The notes beneath the pieces were generated by a model that made no database searches, was not told the origin of the DNA, and saw nothing but the letters and a program-made list of their open reading frames with translations. DNA of 62,429 bases, the filler included, from Asterionella formosa (lineage: Eukaryota), in assembly GCA_002256025.1 (NCBI GenBank). It is 19 parts of 19 records of this genome, joined end to end, with 100 filler letters (N's around TTAATTAATTAA, not from the genome) between each part and the next. Parts side by side here need not be neighbours in the genome. Positions count along the whole stretch, not along the records: positions 11,321 to 13,106 come from NKIB01001196.1; positions 13,207 to 14,991 come from NKIB01001197.1; positions 15,092 to 16,876 come from NKIB01001198.1; positions 16,977 to 18,759 come from NKIB01001199.1; positions 18,860 to 20,642 come from NKIB01001200.1; positions 20,743 to 22,524 come from NKIB01001201.1; positions 22,625 to 24,406 come from NKIB01001202.1; positions 24,507 to 26,288 come from NKIB01001203.1; 11 more parts are not named here. One strand, 5' to 3'. Position numbers and translations under genes: made by a program. Of this stretch, positions 12,493-24,763 are shown piece after piece (within the stretch, counting starts at the first letter, position 1; each line of letters opens with the position of its first letter).

Positions 12493-13106
12493 CGCTCCTT
12501 GGCTGTTGCCAGGGAACTGGCAGTCAGGGTATCGACGTGCGCAGCTCCTTGAAGCACATTTCGGAATGTTCTGAACAGGTTTCCTTGCAGTGGTTTCGCA
12601 AAAAAATCCCCCAACATTTCCAACGTTGGACAATGGCGAATGGTGATTCCTTCATCTACCGATCGATCCTTAATCCAGAAATAGCGGATGTTGATATGCC
12701 GAGACTTTGGCCCTGCCGAAATTCGTCCGTTCTTCTCGAGGTTAATTGCGCTCTCGTTGTCTTGTTCGAAGAAACTTTCTTGAATCTTGTATCCCTGTGC
12801 TTCAAGAAACATTTTTACCCACAGCGTGTTTGGGAGATAATCGCTGGCACCCACAAATTCAGCCTCCGTCGAACTCTTTGTGTTCAATTTCTGCTTGGTC
12901 GACTTGCATATGATGCCTCCAGTTCCAAAAGACATCACGCCACCGGTGTGACTCTTCATGTCAGGGTGCACAGCAAAGGCCGCATCCACCCACGACCTCA
13001 TCTTGCACATGTCGTCGGCTCCAATGGTGTATTCCACATCCATACTTCCATTTATGTATTCCAACACCCGTCGTAGCTTTTTCTGATCTTGTTTGGTGCT
13101 TTTTGA
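12246..13106 (-). mobile_element. Copia RNase H (pol C-terminus); ORF runs into the 3' LTR
   Basis: WVDAAFAVHPDMKSHTGG, KQKLNTKSSTEAEFVG, EQDNESAI, SRHINIRYFWIKD, MLGDFFAKPLQG. Confidence 0.95.
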
Positions 13107-13698
13107 NNNNNNNNNNNNNNNNNNNNNNNNNNNNNNNNNNNNNNNNNNNNTTAATTAATTAANNNNNNNNNNNNNNNNNNNNNNNNNNNNNNNNNNNNNN
13201 NNNNNNCACATGTATTGGATATTAAAATCTGTACCGGTACACCGGTTCTAGTTTCATCCTGTCTTCCATGATCGTCATGGACCGAGATAATGCACTAAAC
13301 TAACGGTACACTGGTATCAGGGTACCTGGTACCGTACCTGAACTCTGGTTCTTCTGTACCTGGTACCAGGTACCGTACTGATTTTTAGATATCGTTTAAA
13401 CACGGACAATGAGCACACATGTTGGCGTACTCCTGATTTATAGCGGTATGTGTTTTGGCGTTGGGCAGAATAATGTCTACATACAGCAATGTTGATATAG
13501 TATCAACGCTTAAAAATCATTTTTGTTTGTTTAAAATGGAATTCTATCAATCTGGCGCCGATTCCTATTTAATTCAAATATTCATATGGACACTCGAATC
13601 ATGGGAATTCATAGAAGGAAACTCCCTGTTCCACGCCGTTTTTACAACCCTAGCGATATATTCTCCAAACTAGGGTAAAGCCGGGGCCCCAGCCCTAA

Positions 13699-13867
13699 TG
13701 TTGCTATTTACGTTTTAGACTACAGTACCAGGTACGGAGAAAACGGTGGTGCAGTTGGTTTGCTCGCAGTGTTGGATTATCAAGAAAGGTCCAATGTCTT
13801 GTACTCCCCTCTAAGTAAAATCAGTCGTGGCTGTGTACATTGAGGGGCACGAAACATCAGGTTTTAC
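13699..13867 (+). repeat. Dispersed repeat fragment, homologous to 1-165
   Basis: Aligns with the window start; carries extra CAGTACCAGGTA after the TA at 13721-13722. Confidence 0.8.
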
Positions 13868-14074
13868 GGTACCTGGTACTGGTAACATCGTGTTCCGGCC
13901 GGTTTGACTGAATGAATTACCGGTTGGAGTTTGCATGTAGAATTCAACGATCATGGGCAGGACTACCGGCACTTGAAGAATTCCGGTAACACGACCAAAA
14001 AGAAGAAGGTGTGTCATCACATCATCACAGGTGCCATGAAACAAAACAACCAAATCAGCGAGAACAAAGCAAAC

Positions 14075-14991
14075 ATGGCGACACTCAGTGCTTCATACGC
14101 CCATACCAATATTCAGCATGATGGTCAAGTTGTGAATGAGCATGGCAAACGAGAAGAGTACCATAAGAATGGATTCTGTCCTAATCATCCAGAAATTCAG
14201 CTTCGCGAAAAGAAAAGGTTTGGTGGAGTTTGGAAGACGTTGCTGTCGAGCTGCCCTACGTGCGATCATTATCGTAGGAATACCCAAGGGCCTACTGCTC
14301 CAACGATTCCAATGCCTCAGCAGCCTCCTTCGCCAGCAACACAATCTCAGCCTTCAACCCAAGTTCCAACCACTTCAATTTCGTCTCCCATTGCTGACAT
14401 TCAAGAAGAAGGTCTCATGGGGCTTTCGAACTTGGCTTTGCATGACAACAACAACAATGTGACAAAGAACGCTAAAACAGGAGGGCCTATTGTCCCTGCA
14501 GGAGTTCCTACTTTCCCTTCAAGTTTGTCTCGGATTTCTGCGACTGTTTCAGCAACTGTTTCAAAGATGCAAATGAATGAGCAGGATGCTGATATTCAAG
14601 TTGATGGTCTCAAGGAGCTTGGGAACTTGGCTGTGGATGATGAAAACAACCAGGAGACAATTGCTCAGTTAGGAGGTATTGCTAGGATTGTGTCTGCGAT
14701 GAAGGATCATCCAAAGAATGCTAATGTCCAAAAATATGGTTGTGCAGCACTTCAGAAGTTGGCTGAGAATGTCAACAACCCAGAGGCAATTGCTGACGCA
14801 AAAGGCATCACTCCAATTCTGTCTGCAATGAAGGATCATCCATCCAATGCTAATGTACAACACTATGGTTGTGGAGCACTTGAGAAGTTGGCAGAGAATG
14901 ACAACAACAAGGTTTTGATTGCTGATGAAGGAGGCATTGCTAGGATTGTGTTTGCGATGAGGAGTTATCCAAACAATGCTAATGTCCAAGA
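14075..14991 (+). CDS. Armadillo-repeat protein with N-terminal CxxH...CxxC motif, 3'-partial
   Basis: At least three 43-aa ARM repeats (GGIARIVSAMKDHPKNANVQKYGCAALQKLA); GFCPNHPEIQLR..CPTC; P/S/T-rich linker. Start could also be the ATG at 14036. Confidence 0.85.
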
Positions 14992-15458
14992 NNNNNNNNN
15001 NNNNNNNNNNNNNNNNNNNNNNNNNNNNNNNNNNNTTAATTAATTAANNNNNNNNNNNNNNNNNNNNNNNNNNNNNNNNNNNNNNNNNNNNGGGAACGAG
15101 CTTGCCATACTGAGGAGCTGAACAGAAGATATGCTGCTGCAAGAGAAGAAAATGTTCATCTACCTTATGAACATTACCTTACTACGGGTAGTAGTGTTCG
15201 GAGAAATATGATGCAGTTTGAAGGAGAAATGGAAGAGATCTAACCGTAACACATATACCTAGCTGTTAGTAAATGATAACTAATTTCGTATCTATGAAAC
15301 AATGCATTTGCAGAGGATGTTATTTCTATATATCTCCAACGTCTGCGCGTCCTGCCAATATCTACTCATTACCTCAATCGTTTCGACTGGTGGCATCGAG
15401 TAAAACATTTGCGAGAACGAATGGATCGATGGGATATTGATCACAAACAGGAAGAAAC

Positions 15459-15812
15459 ATTCATGACAACCATGTCAGATCCGTTCCATTGCAAATCTTC
15501 CTTCAATAGGTCAAACTCGTCATCCTTGAGCATTTGCCTTCCAGTGGCATAGTAGGACTGAAGCGCGTCCAGAAAGATACGCTCCTTTTCGGCTACTGTG
15601 AGACGAATGAGTTCCCCACTTTCCGGATCGACGACACAGTATTCCTCATCAGGAATGCATTCTTCTTCCTGCAAGTTAGTCTCAAAGAATCGTCCAGACT
15701 TGGCGTCGTAAGCGATTTCTCTCGTTCCGCTCGTGATGGTGATCTTTTCGTCGCTTCCTTCTTTGGCCATTAAAAGTGGACCAGCAACACGACCAGCTGT
15801 TGTCGTTGTCTT
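15459..15812 (-). pseudogene. PGRL1: PGR5-like protein 1 fragment (isolated exon or captured fragment)
   Basis: EKERIFLDALQSYY..GRQMLKDDEFDLLKEDLQWNGSDMVVMN matches the PGRL1 helical repeat. In-frame TAA upstream, no signal peptide, no recognisable continuation downstream. Confidence 0.7.
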
Positions 15813-15856
15813 CCTTAAAGTTCGATGATCTTAAATTCATTTACCGGTACCGGTAC

Positions 15857-16876
15857 TGTCCCGCTGTAGTAGCAGCAGTCATAGACATATGGTGTTCTAT
15901 TTATACAATCCTAAAACTATGATGATTTACTATGGTGTTCTATTGCTTGCTTATTACTCTGACTACCGGTACCGCTTTTCAGTTTCACGATCATACAATC
16001 CTAAAACTATGATGATTTACTGTCCCACTGTAATTGCAACATTCATGAGCATATGGTGTTCTATTTATGTTTAGTTTTACGATCAAACGATCCTAAAACT
16101 ATGATGATTTACTGTCCCAATGTAATTGCAACAGTCATGAACATATGGTGTTCTTTTGGTTTTTAGTTTTATGATCATACGATCCTAAAACTATGATGAT
16201 TTACTGTCCCACTGCAGTAGCAGCAGTCCTGAACATATGGTGTTCTGTTGCTAGTTTACTACTCCGACTACCCCCAGTATATCACTTACTACCTGCTACT
16301 GGTACTCTGTATATATATATGATATATTGTTATTGTCATATGATGTACCGGTACACATGAAGAGCTCCCGACCAAAAAAGGGGCTTAAACAATTTGCTAC
16401 CAAAACCCTGGCGGCTTTTTAACGGTCTAAATAATTAGATTCAACGGACGTAGAAAATATCGATGCAAACAAATTTCAGAAACAATTCCGGTACACGTAG
16501 TCGTGGAAAACAATGGAAATATAGTGCATTGAATATTTTCGAATTATGTATATGCGAGTATGATCATCTCAACCATATCAGATGTTCCATATCGAGAGCG
16601 CGTTTGAATTTTATAAATCTATAACACTTAATATATATATATATATATATATATATTTAAAAATTTTATTTCTATATGCATGGCATATATATTTTTGAAA
16701 TTGTTCTTTCATGTTAACAAACAATGCCTGCTGCTTCATGAAAAGATACGTCGTAGTAAAGCACATTAAAAGAAAAGAAAATTTTCGCAATACATAACGA
16801 AAAACATTGTGACTTCGACACATTGCGCATTCGAAGGATGGAGAATGTTTAAGGTAATGAAGCCATCAATGTGGTA
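15857..16876 (-). repeat. About 1-kb dispersed repeat ending in a 92-bp tandem array
   Basis: Reverse-complement homolog of 23052-23990. Confidence 0.9.
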
Positions 16877-16976
16877 NNNNNNNNNNNNNNNNNNNNNNNN
16901 NNNNNNNNNNNNNNNNNNNNTTAATTAATTAANNNNNNNNNNNNNNNNNNNNNNNNNNNNNNNNNNNNNNNNNNNN

Positions 16977-17832
16977 GCACCTCACACAAGCAAAGAGAGA
17001 CTTACTCACCAAGAAGGCTTTGTACCATCTTCCATTTGCAATTGAGAAGACAGATGTAGTTGGAATTGTTGCACATGCTTGGGAAAAAAGTTTTGCGAGA
17101 TTATGCACAAACAAAAAAGCGGTAGCAGAGCGAGGCTGGGGACCTTTGAACTATAATTGCTTGTTGAATCCTGAAATACAGCTGACGAAATTTGGTGTTG
17201 TCCCATTGAATTGAATCTCACACAGCAACAGAACCTCTATTACACCTGACCAGCTCAACCTGCAAGAAGGACTTTCAGGAACTCTTACAAATCAAATTGT
17301 TGAATACATAAACAGAGAAGATGTGCGAAATGGTAATGATGCAGCAGAACATGCCAGGAAAAGAAAGCAAACAGCACAAGCAGCAATCGACACACACAAA
17401 CGAATGACCGCAGGACTGCACTTTGCTGTTGGAAACACTTGTCTAGGACCACCGCTTTTTGAGCATGTGCTGGAAATCAAACACCGGCATGAAATCCAGG
17501 AACAAAACAAGAAGCAGACATTGAATCAACGGTTTTTTGAAATGTCACAGAAGGTACAGGCCATCAGAGAGACTGGAAAGGAAGCTGGAAGCTACAACGT
17601 AGCTGAAATGAAAACAGTGGTGACATGGTACAAGCGCAACGGCGATGCGCCGCTTCCAATGACCAGACAGAACTCGTTGGCAAGATATTTGGAAAGTTGT
17701 TGCCGTGGAGAAAAGGATTCTCCATATCCAATTCGGCCTCTTGATGTTGTGCTTGTGGGAGGGCAGGAGCTTAGTAGGGATGAGGGCGATATTGCAGTGG
17801 TGTTGATAGGCGCAAGCATTTCATGTGGCTGA
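16977..17832 (+). pseudogene. Pogo/Tc5 (DDE_1)-like transposase C-terminal remnant
   Basis: IVAHAWEKSFAR..NKKAVAERGWGPLNYNCLL; internal stop at 17212-17214; near-identical to 61668-62429. Confidence 0.6.
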
Positions 17833-20142
17833 ATGCATTTGCGTGTGATAGTGATATAAATACTGGATGCGAAAATTCTTAAAGATAATTTTGCGAAAAC
17901 CAAACGGGGTAATCCGTGATCATAATGGTATATAAAATTATATACAATTATAGATAAAAATTTAAGTACTGCTGTGACCCATTACCGTCAAATTTTGTCC
18001 ACCTAAAAGGGTTCGTATCTCAGTACCTCGACCTTCAATGAGAATACCGACAGATCCACAATCTGCTGACTCCTTTGGTTAACAAGACCTGGAAGTTTGA
18101 TTCTCGCAAGGCATGGAAAAGGTGTAGTCGAACTAATCAAACGAATAGGAGAACTCAGTGGGTCACAGCAGTTCTTTACTGGTACCATGGTAGTCGTGTG
18201 CGTGATATGAAAGGGTACACCTTTCATTAGGGTTGACGTGGTATACATACACAGTGTGTATTGTGTAAATCTCTTTTTTGAGGGTAAACAAGTACCGGTA
18301 TACAGGACTTATACCATCTAATATGCCGGTATGAATAACATTATAATGTTTAACATTCTTACATGGCCATCACTCTGGTAAGTACAACACAGTGCACTTC
18401 TACATATTGATTTCAAAAGACAAACAACCGGTACTAAGAGCATCGCCACCGCATCGACCAAATACCAAGCCAATTGAAGTTGCGGGTCATTACACGTCAT
18501 GATGCGTTGTGTTGGTCGAAAAAGCAAAAATATTTTAGCCACCGCATCGACCAAGACCAAATATGCTTTGGTCTTGATCGAGGATGACCCCCTTATCGAC
18601 CAAATATCAGGTGTTTGGTCGATTAGACTCCGACCGTAGCCAAATAAAAGGAGTATTTCTATTGGTTTAGATTGTGGCAAGCGCCGGCAACATAACGTCA
18701 ACTGTTTAATTGATCCACAAACGCTTACAATACACATTTACCTTACTCTCTTGATGTAGNNNNNNNNNNNNNNNNNNNNNNNNNNNNNNNNNNNNNNNNN
18801 NNNTTAATTAATTAANNNNNNNNNNNNNNNNNNNNNNNNNNNNNNNNNNNNNNNNNNNNTGCCATGCCACTCATCAAAGCCATTAAGTTGAAGGCTAATC
18901 ATTAGGAACAAAATAGCATCAAGGTGAAGGACCATGCTTGTAACAAAACATATTGTGAAGAGGGAATGATGCAATGATGAGTCTACTGGTCTGTTATCTA
19001 AATATCTTCATTAGTCAACAGTCGATAGATATGTAACATGTATACCTACTGTACATGTTAAGTATAAAATAGATACTGATATACTATCATCATTGGTAGC
19101 TACTCCCTCTGGGCGAAAATTGTTGCAGCCATTTGCAGCAAGTCAAGTGCCGAGCAGCTCATTTTAGGATGGATTCCATAGAAACATACCATTTTACTAG
19201 GTGAGGATTGGTTTACTCGAAAAAATGCATTTTTCATGTGTTAGTACATTCACCTGAGCACTGTAAACAAACTCTGAATTACTAATTAGATTATTAGCAT
19301 CTAAATAAATTGTTTTGAGACCAATTTTTACGTACATATATTGCAAATCATACTTTTGTTGCTCCAAACATTATGTTCAATTTTTGTATTGACAAATATT
19401 GTATGTAGGAGTATTTTACAAGCATTTTCATGTATTCGAGGTTTCTTTCACCAGTATCAACGCCGCATAATACTATTACCTGGTATGTATTTCTACATTG
19501 TTACCGTCATTCTGGATTTCATGCTAAAATCTGCGATTTTACCTATGCCGAAAAATTCGATGTGCACAATATTGCCCCTAATTTTGCTTAAACTAACCAA
19601 GCGGCAAGACAATCATAGCTAGAGGGGGAAATTGTTGTGCCGGGAAACGCACACCCAATCCAATCATACAGGGACAGTACAAACTGCCGTTACAATACCG
19701 ATTTATGTAAGAAAATTTACTGCCCGTGCATAGAGTTGCATAACATGCATGCGCTTTACTGTGGGCGGGAAAATTCTGATTAACGTCTGTTTCGCTCACG
19801 AATGATGTTTGCATCGAGAATTAGAGAAAAAAATGGTTAAGCTCGTCGTTGAGGAATGGTACATATGTACTGGCCATGTGCGTCAAATTTTGGTCGACAA
19901 CATCCGGGGTACTACTCTTTTCATGTGTAACGTGCGTTGGCACCACTTTTGAGCTCAGTATTTCAATTTCAAACGTAGCGAGTAAGCCAACAAGAAAGCC
20001 AACGCAGTTCGCTTGTTGCTTGATGACCCATGTTTTTCACACATTCAAATTTAGAGGCAATTGAACCATAGCGGCAGCTAGACACCCCACCCCCTCCACC
20101 CCTTATCATTCTTGAGGTGGCCGCTGCGTGCACCCAAGCGCC

Positions 20143-20642
20143 ATGGACGGTCATGTTGACCGAGCAGCAGCCTTTAATATGACCTCAATGGGACTTGAAA
20201 GAGATTGGAGACGGCACGGGAAAGCGCGACGTGATGCCCTCCTGGAACAAGACGAGATAGAAGGGGGCACAATGTTTTCAATCAACAGGAGGCTTCCAGT
20301 TTCTTCCTATTTTGATGTTGCTGAAAAGGTGAGTTTGAACAGATATCTGGTTGCTGATTCGTTGCCCTCCTAACATTCTGATGTGGGAAAATCACAGGTA
20401 CTATCTCAGTTCCGAGCAATGTACGAGAGTCGCAGTAACATTGAAGAACTTTTCGTCATGGGGCACCGATTAATTATTTTCCTGTCAAAAGCGCTACCGA
20501 ATCACCCGGAATTCCGGTCAAAGGCTCCACTCATTGTCACTAAGAGAACGAAAAGTCGTCATGACCTGCATTGGATCAAGAGACGATTGGATATTGTTGC
20601 ACTTAGAATCGACGAAGAACAGCTCAATCGGTTTATCCTTGA
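20143..20642 (+). CDS. USP8-dimerisation/AMSH N-terminal-like domain protein; join(20143..20328,20398..>20642)
   Basis: SYFDVAEK|VLSQF..NIEELFVMGHRL..LPNHPEF; GT-AG intron 20329-20397 with CTAAC branch site keeps the frame. Confidence 0.75.
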
Positions 20643-22624
20643 NNNNNNNNNNNNNNNNNNNNNNNNNNNNNNNNNNNNNNNNNNNNTTAATTAATTAANN
20701 NNNNNNNNNNNNNNNNNNNNNNNNNNNNNNNNNNNNNNNNNNGTTTGTTGCTCATGGCCTTAATCATGGGTCTTCCATTCTCATTGACTAGCTATTGGCG
20801 ACCACGTTTGTTTGCTGCAGAATTAGAGCCGCAACATCACTAATCAGAAAGTAGCTTCATTTCATTCAGGATATAGTAGCATCACATGAACCTTGAATAG
20901 CAGGGGGTTCGAAATAACAATTGTAACTTTGCTTAATAACATTGTACTATCCCATTGTTTTAAGAAATCTCTTTATCGGCAACATCAGCAGAGGCAATAT
21001 ATAGGACAGCCTAGCCCCATTGCCACACATATACTTTCCACAAAGTGACCGCTATATTTATATAGTAGCTGATATATATGTAGTGTAGCTTGTCTCACAC
21101 ATATGTTCTCGCCACTCCAAAGAAGTGTAAAATATTTATGAGGGTACCAGGACCTTTATTCAATCAATAGCTGATTCCAATGTTGTACAGCAACAATGGT
21201 TGTCGAAATGAGCGACCCAATGATGTTATTAAACTTCTCCGTTATGGGGGCGTTTCAAATGATCCCTGTATTTTTACTAATATTGTTGTTGCTGGTATTG
21301 ATACAGAAGAAAAGAGTAACAAGCTTCTGTGCACCATTACGGCCACATTTGAGAAGCATCGCCAAAATTGGGAAACTTTTTTCCTGATGAGCCGATGGAA
21401 TTTGTCATACCTGTCATTCCAAATAAAGATCACCAACGTCGTGTATTCTCCGTTTATGCATTGACACAGGCGAGTGAAAACGAAATAGTTGATGCCAGTT
21501 CATCTTATCCCAATACCATTCCGAGAAGTAAAGATCGTGTTGCTTGTATGCCCTTCTTGGTAGATCTTGTTTCTACTTCCTCAGAGCGTCTTATTGAGCC
21601 TATCAAATCTGATAGACTTGATATGAAATCTCCCCCTTCCAAACAAAGCAAAGCAAAGCAAAGCAAAATGTAAATTAAAGGCAACTCCAGACATGGTTGC
21701 CAATCCGGAAGAAGCAGTCCATGACTTTTCACCAAAGAGTTCCGAAATCGTTGGAGTGATTGGGAAAGTAAATTTAAAAAACAGGTCGAGGAGGAAAGTG
21801 ATTTGTCTCATTAATCTAGTAAGGAGTTGGAAATATTGAAACAGGACATGGTCGCCAGTCTGGATGTAATTCATGATTACTTACCAAAGATTTCCGAAAC
21901 TGTTGCAAACCCTGAGACAGTAATTGAGCAGGTCAAGGAGATAAATGATTTATCCTTAACAGCAGGATAAATCATTATTGAAATTATTTGATGAAGGAAT
22001 TCATAAATATTTATGCGGAAGAGCGAGGAGAAGTGAAGAAACACATCAATTACTTGTATCGAAAAAATTGATAAAGGGAAAGGTAGCAGCTGCTGTTTCG
22101 GGATATGGCGACGAATTGGAATGTTTCAACGATCACCTTTATAGTGTTTCACCCTCTTTTTCTTTGTGGAAATTTGTGGAAAGCATGTCCTGCCCATTCT
22201 GCGTGAATTGCCAAGTATTTGATTCACCTTTCCGGTTCCCACTTCCGTTGGGTCCAGAGTCACATAAACTTTACTACAATACATACTCTCGCTCCCCCTC
22301 AGATGTACGTCAATATTGAAGGAATGAGTATTCCCTTAAATTTTCAGAGAAGCAGTACAGGGACAATCGTAATGAACTGGACAATTGTGCATGTTGTTGG
22401 GATATTGAAATTGTGACAGACATTGTGAAGGTCATTGTTCATGAACTGCATCCCTCAAACATTCATGAAATTGTTGAATCTCAAGACAGAAATGACTGGA
22501 ATACTGAACGTCCTTATTTATCTANNNNNNNNNNNNNNNNNNNNNNNNNNNNNNNNNNNNNNNNNNNNTTAATTAATTAANNNNNNNNNNNNNNNNNNNN
22601 NNNNNNNNNNNNNNNNNNNNNNNN

Positions 22625-23990
22625 ATTTGTTAGCTAGTAGTCATGTTACATTGAAACAACGACACGCAATTCCATCGTATCCTCTTGCTTCACTTACCAC
22701 AAATCAATGCAACTGAGGATGCATAAGTCTGTAATAGTAACTTGTCAGTAAGCCAAATTCTTGAATAAGTAAGTTTCGGGTATCCAATGTTGTCAAATAA
22801 AACTTACCGGTTCAGTTTTGTCATCTTAACTTTGAGAGTAGGTAAACATTTTGTCAGCTTTGTTCCAACAGAAGTGAATAGTTCCAACGAGCGACAAGAG
22901 CACTTACGCAATTTGGTTTTGTTTTACATTGGTGCTCCCCAACAAGCGAAACGAGCTGTTTAATCAACTGAGAAAAAAGGAAATGTGGCTGCGTTTAGTT
23001 AACAATTTGTTGTTGTGCTGCCTGTCTCCCAACGATTGTCATCCAAGTAGCTACCACATTGATGGCTTCATTACCTTAAACATTCTCCATCCTTCGAATG
23101 CGCAATGTGTCGAAGCCACAATGTTTTTCGTTATGTATTGCGTAAACTTTCTTTTCTTGTCATGTGCTTTACTAGGACGTATCTTTTCATGAAGCAGCAG
23201 GCATTGTTTGTTAACATGACAGAACGATTTCAAAAATATTTATGCCATGTATATAGTAATAAATTTTGTAAATATATATATATATTAAGCGTTGGACATT
23301 TATAAAATTCAAAGGCGTTCTCGATATGGAACATCTGATATGGTTGAGATGGCCATACTCGCATTTACATGATTCGAAAATACTCAATGCACTATATGTC
23401 CATTGTTTTCCACGACTACGTGTACCGGTATTATCTTTGAAATTTGTTTGCATCGATATTTTCTACGTCCGTTGAAACTAATTATTTAGACCGTTCAATT
23501 GCCGCAAGGGTTTTGGTAGCAAATTGTTTAAGCCCCTTTTTTGGTTGGGAGCTCTTCATGTGTACCGGTACATCATACGACAATAACAATGTATCATATT
23601 TATATACAGGGTACCAGTAGCAGGTAGTAACTGATATACTGGGGGTAGTCGGAGTAGTAAACTAGCAACAGAACAGCATATCTTCAGGACTGTTGCTACT
23701 GCAGTGGGACAGTAAATCATCATACTAGTTTTAGGATCGTATGATCGTAAAACTAAAAACCAATAGAACGCGAAATGTCTATGACTGCTGCTATTGCAGC
23801 GGGACAGTAAATCATCATAATTTTAGGATTGTATGATCGTAAAACTAAAAACCAATGGAATACCATATATTCAGGACTGTTGCTACTACCGTGGGAAAAT
23901 AAATCATCATAGTTCTAGGATTGTATGATCGTAAAACTAAAAACCAATAGTCGGAGTAATAAGCGAGCAACAGAACACCATATGTTCTGG
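22625..23990 (+). repeat. Non-coding dispersed repeat with terminal 92-bp tandem array (about 3.4 units)
   Basis: 22626-22741 matches 26179-26288; 23052-23990 matches 15857-16876 in reverse. Confidence 0.88.
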
Positions 23991-24506
23991 TATACCTACC
24001 CGGTAGTTATCATAATATTGCTTTTATAAATTTAACTGGCGCGATAATTAGCCAGGCTGACGAGTTACTACCGGTACCAGGTAGTACGTCTACCGGTACA
24101 TCTTTTATCAGCACCTTTAAGTAGCACCTACGGTTATGGTGGTACTATGTTTTTCCTATTATTTTCTGTCGCAGCTTTGTAGAGAGGCTGTGAAAGTCAA
24201 AGCGCTGCCCCCCGCCCGCCCTCTATTATACCGGAAAAATTTGGTACATCACCCATTATCGTGCGTTGCAACGGAACGCGACAGGGTGGCTGTGGTTATG
24301 GAGCAGGGGGTAGAACGCCACAACATGACGAAGTCCCAAGGATCATGAATGGGAAGAAAACTTTGCTGCATTCTGGTGGTACCATTGGACTTGGGAAACA
24401 GCGAGGNNNNNNNNNNNNNNNNNNNNNNNNNNNNNNNNNNNNNNNNNNNNTTAATTAATTAANNNNNNNNNNNNNNNNNNNNNNNNNNNNNNNNNNNNNN
24501 NNNNNN

Positions 24507-24610
24507 TTTGACAACTTCCTCGTTGCTATCAATTTCATCAACTGTATTCGATTAACACAGTACTAGGTTCAAGGCCTACGATACGGTCGAATACGGTAGT
24601 TGTTACAACA
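24507..24610 (+). repeat. Copia 5' LTR, 3' part ending ..TACAACA
   Basis: Overlaps the LTR at 12186-12244; the CAACA end is the inverse of the TGTTG start; gag lies downstream. An alternative CAACA end is at 24673. Confidence 0.7.
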
Positions 24611-24624
24611 TTGTTTCGAGATAA
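24611..24624 (+). promoter_or_regulatory. Putative self-priming primer-binding site TTGTTTCGAGATAA
   Basis: Directly after the LTR end; no TGG; perfect complement of LTR sense sequence TTATCTCGAAACAA (12284-12271, minus). Confidence 0.6.
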
Positions 24625-24763
24625 AATAAAACAAAAGGAACAGCCATTCACATGGAAGGCTGGAGTTTCAACATTTTAATCTAATCAAGTTTTTTGAACA
24701 CTTTATAGATTCGAGTAGCGCAGCTGAAGGCCGCAGCCACCAATCAAGGAACCAACGAACCCC

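Noticed and set aside
21180..22520. Protein-like broken ORFs
   Set aside because: Possibly a decayed TE or gene, but I recognise no motif.
23670..23987. 92-bp array as a CRISPR-like locus
   Set aside because: Whole units repeat with no unique spacers, and no cas genes are present.
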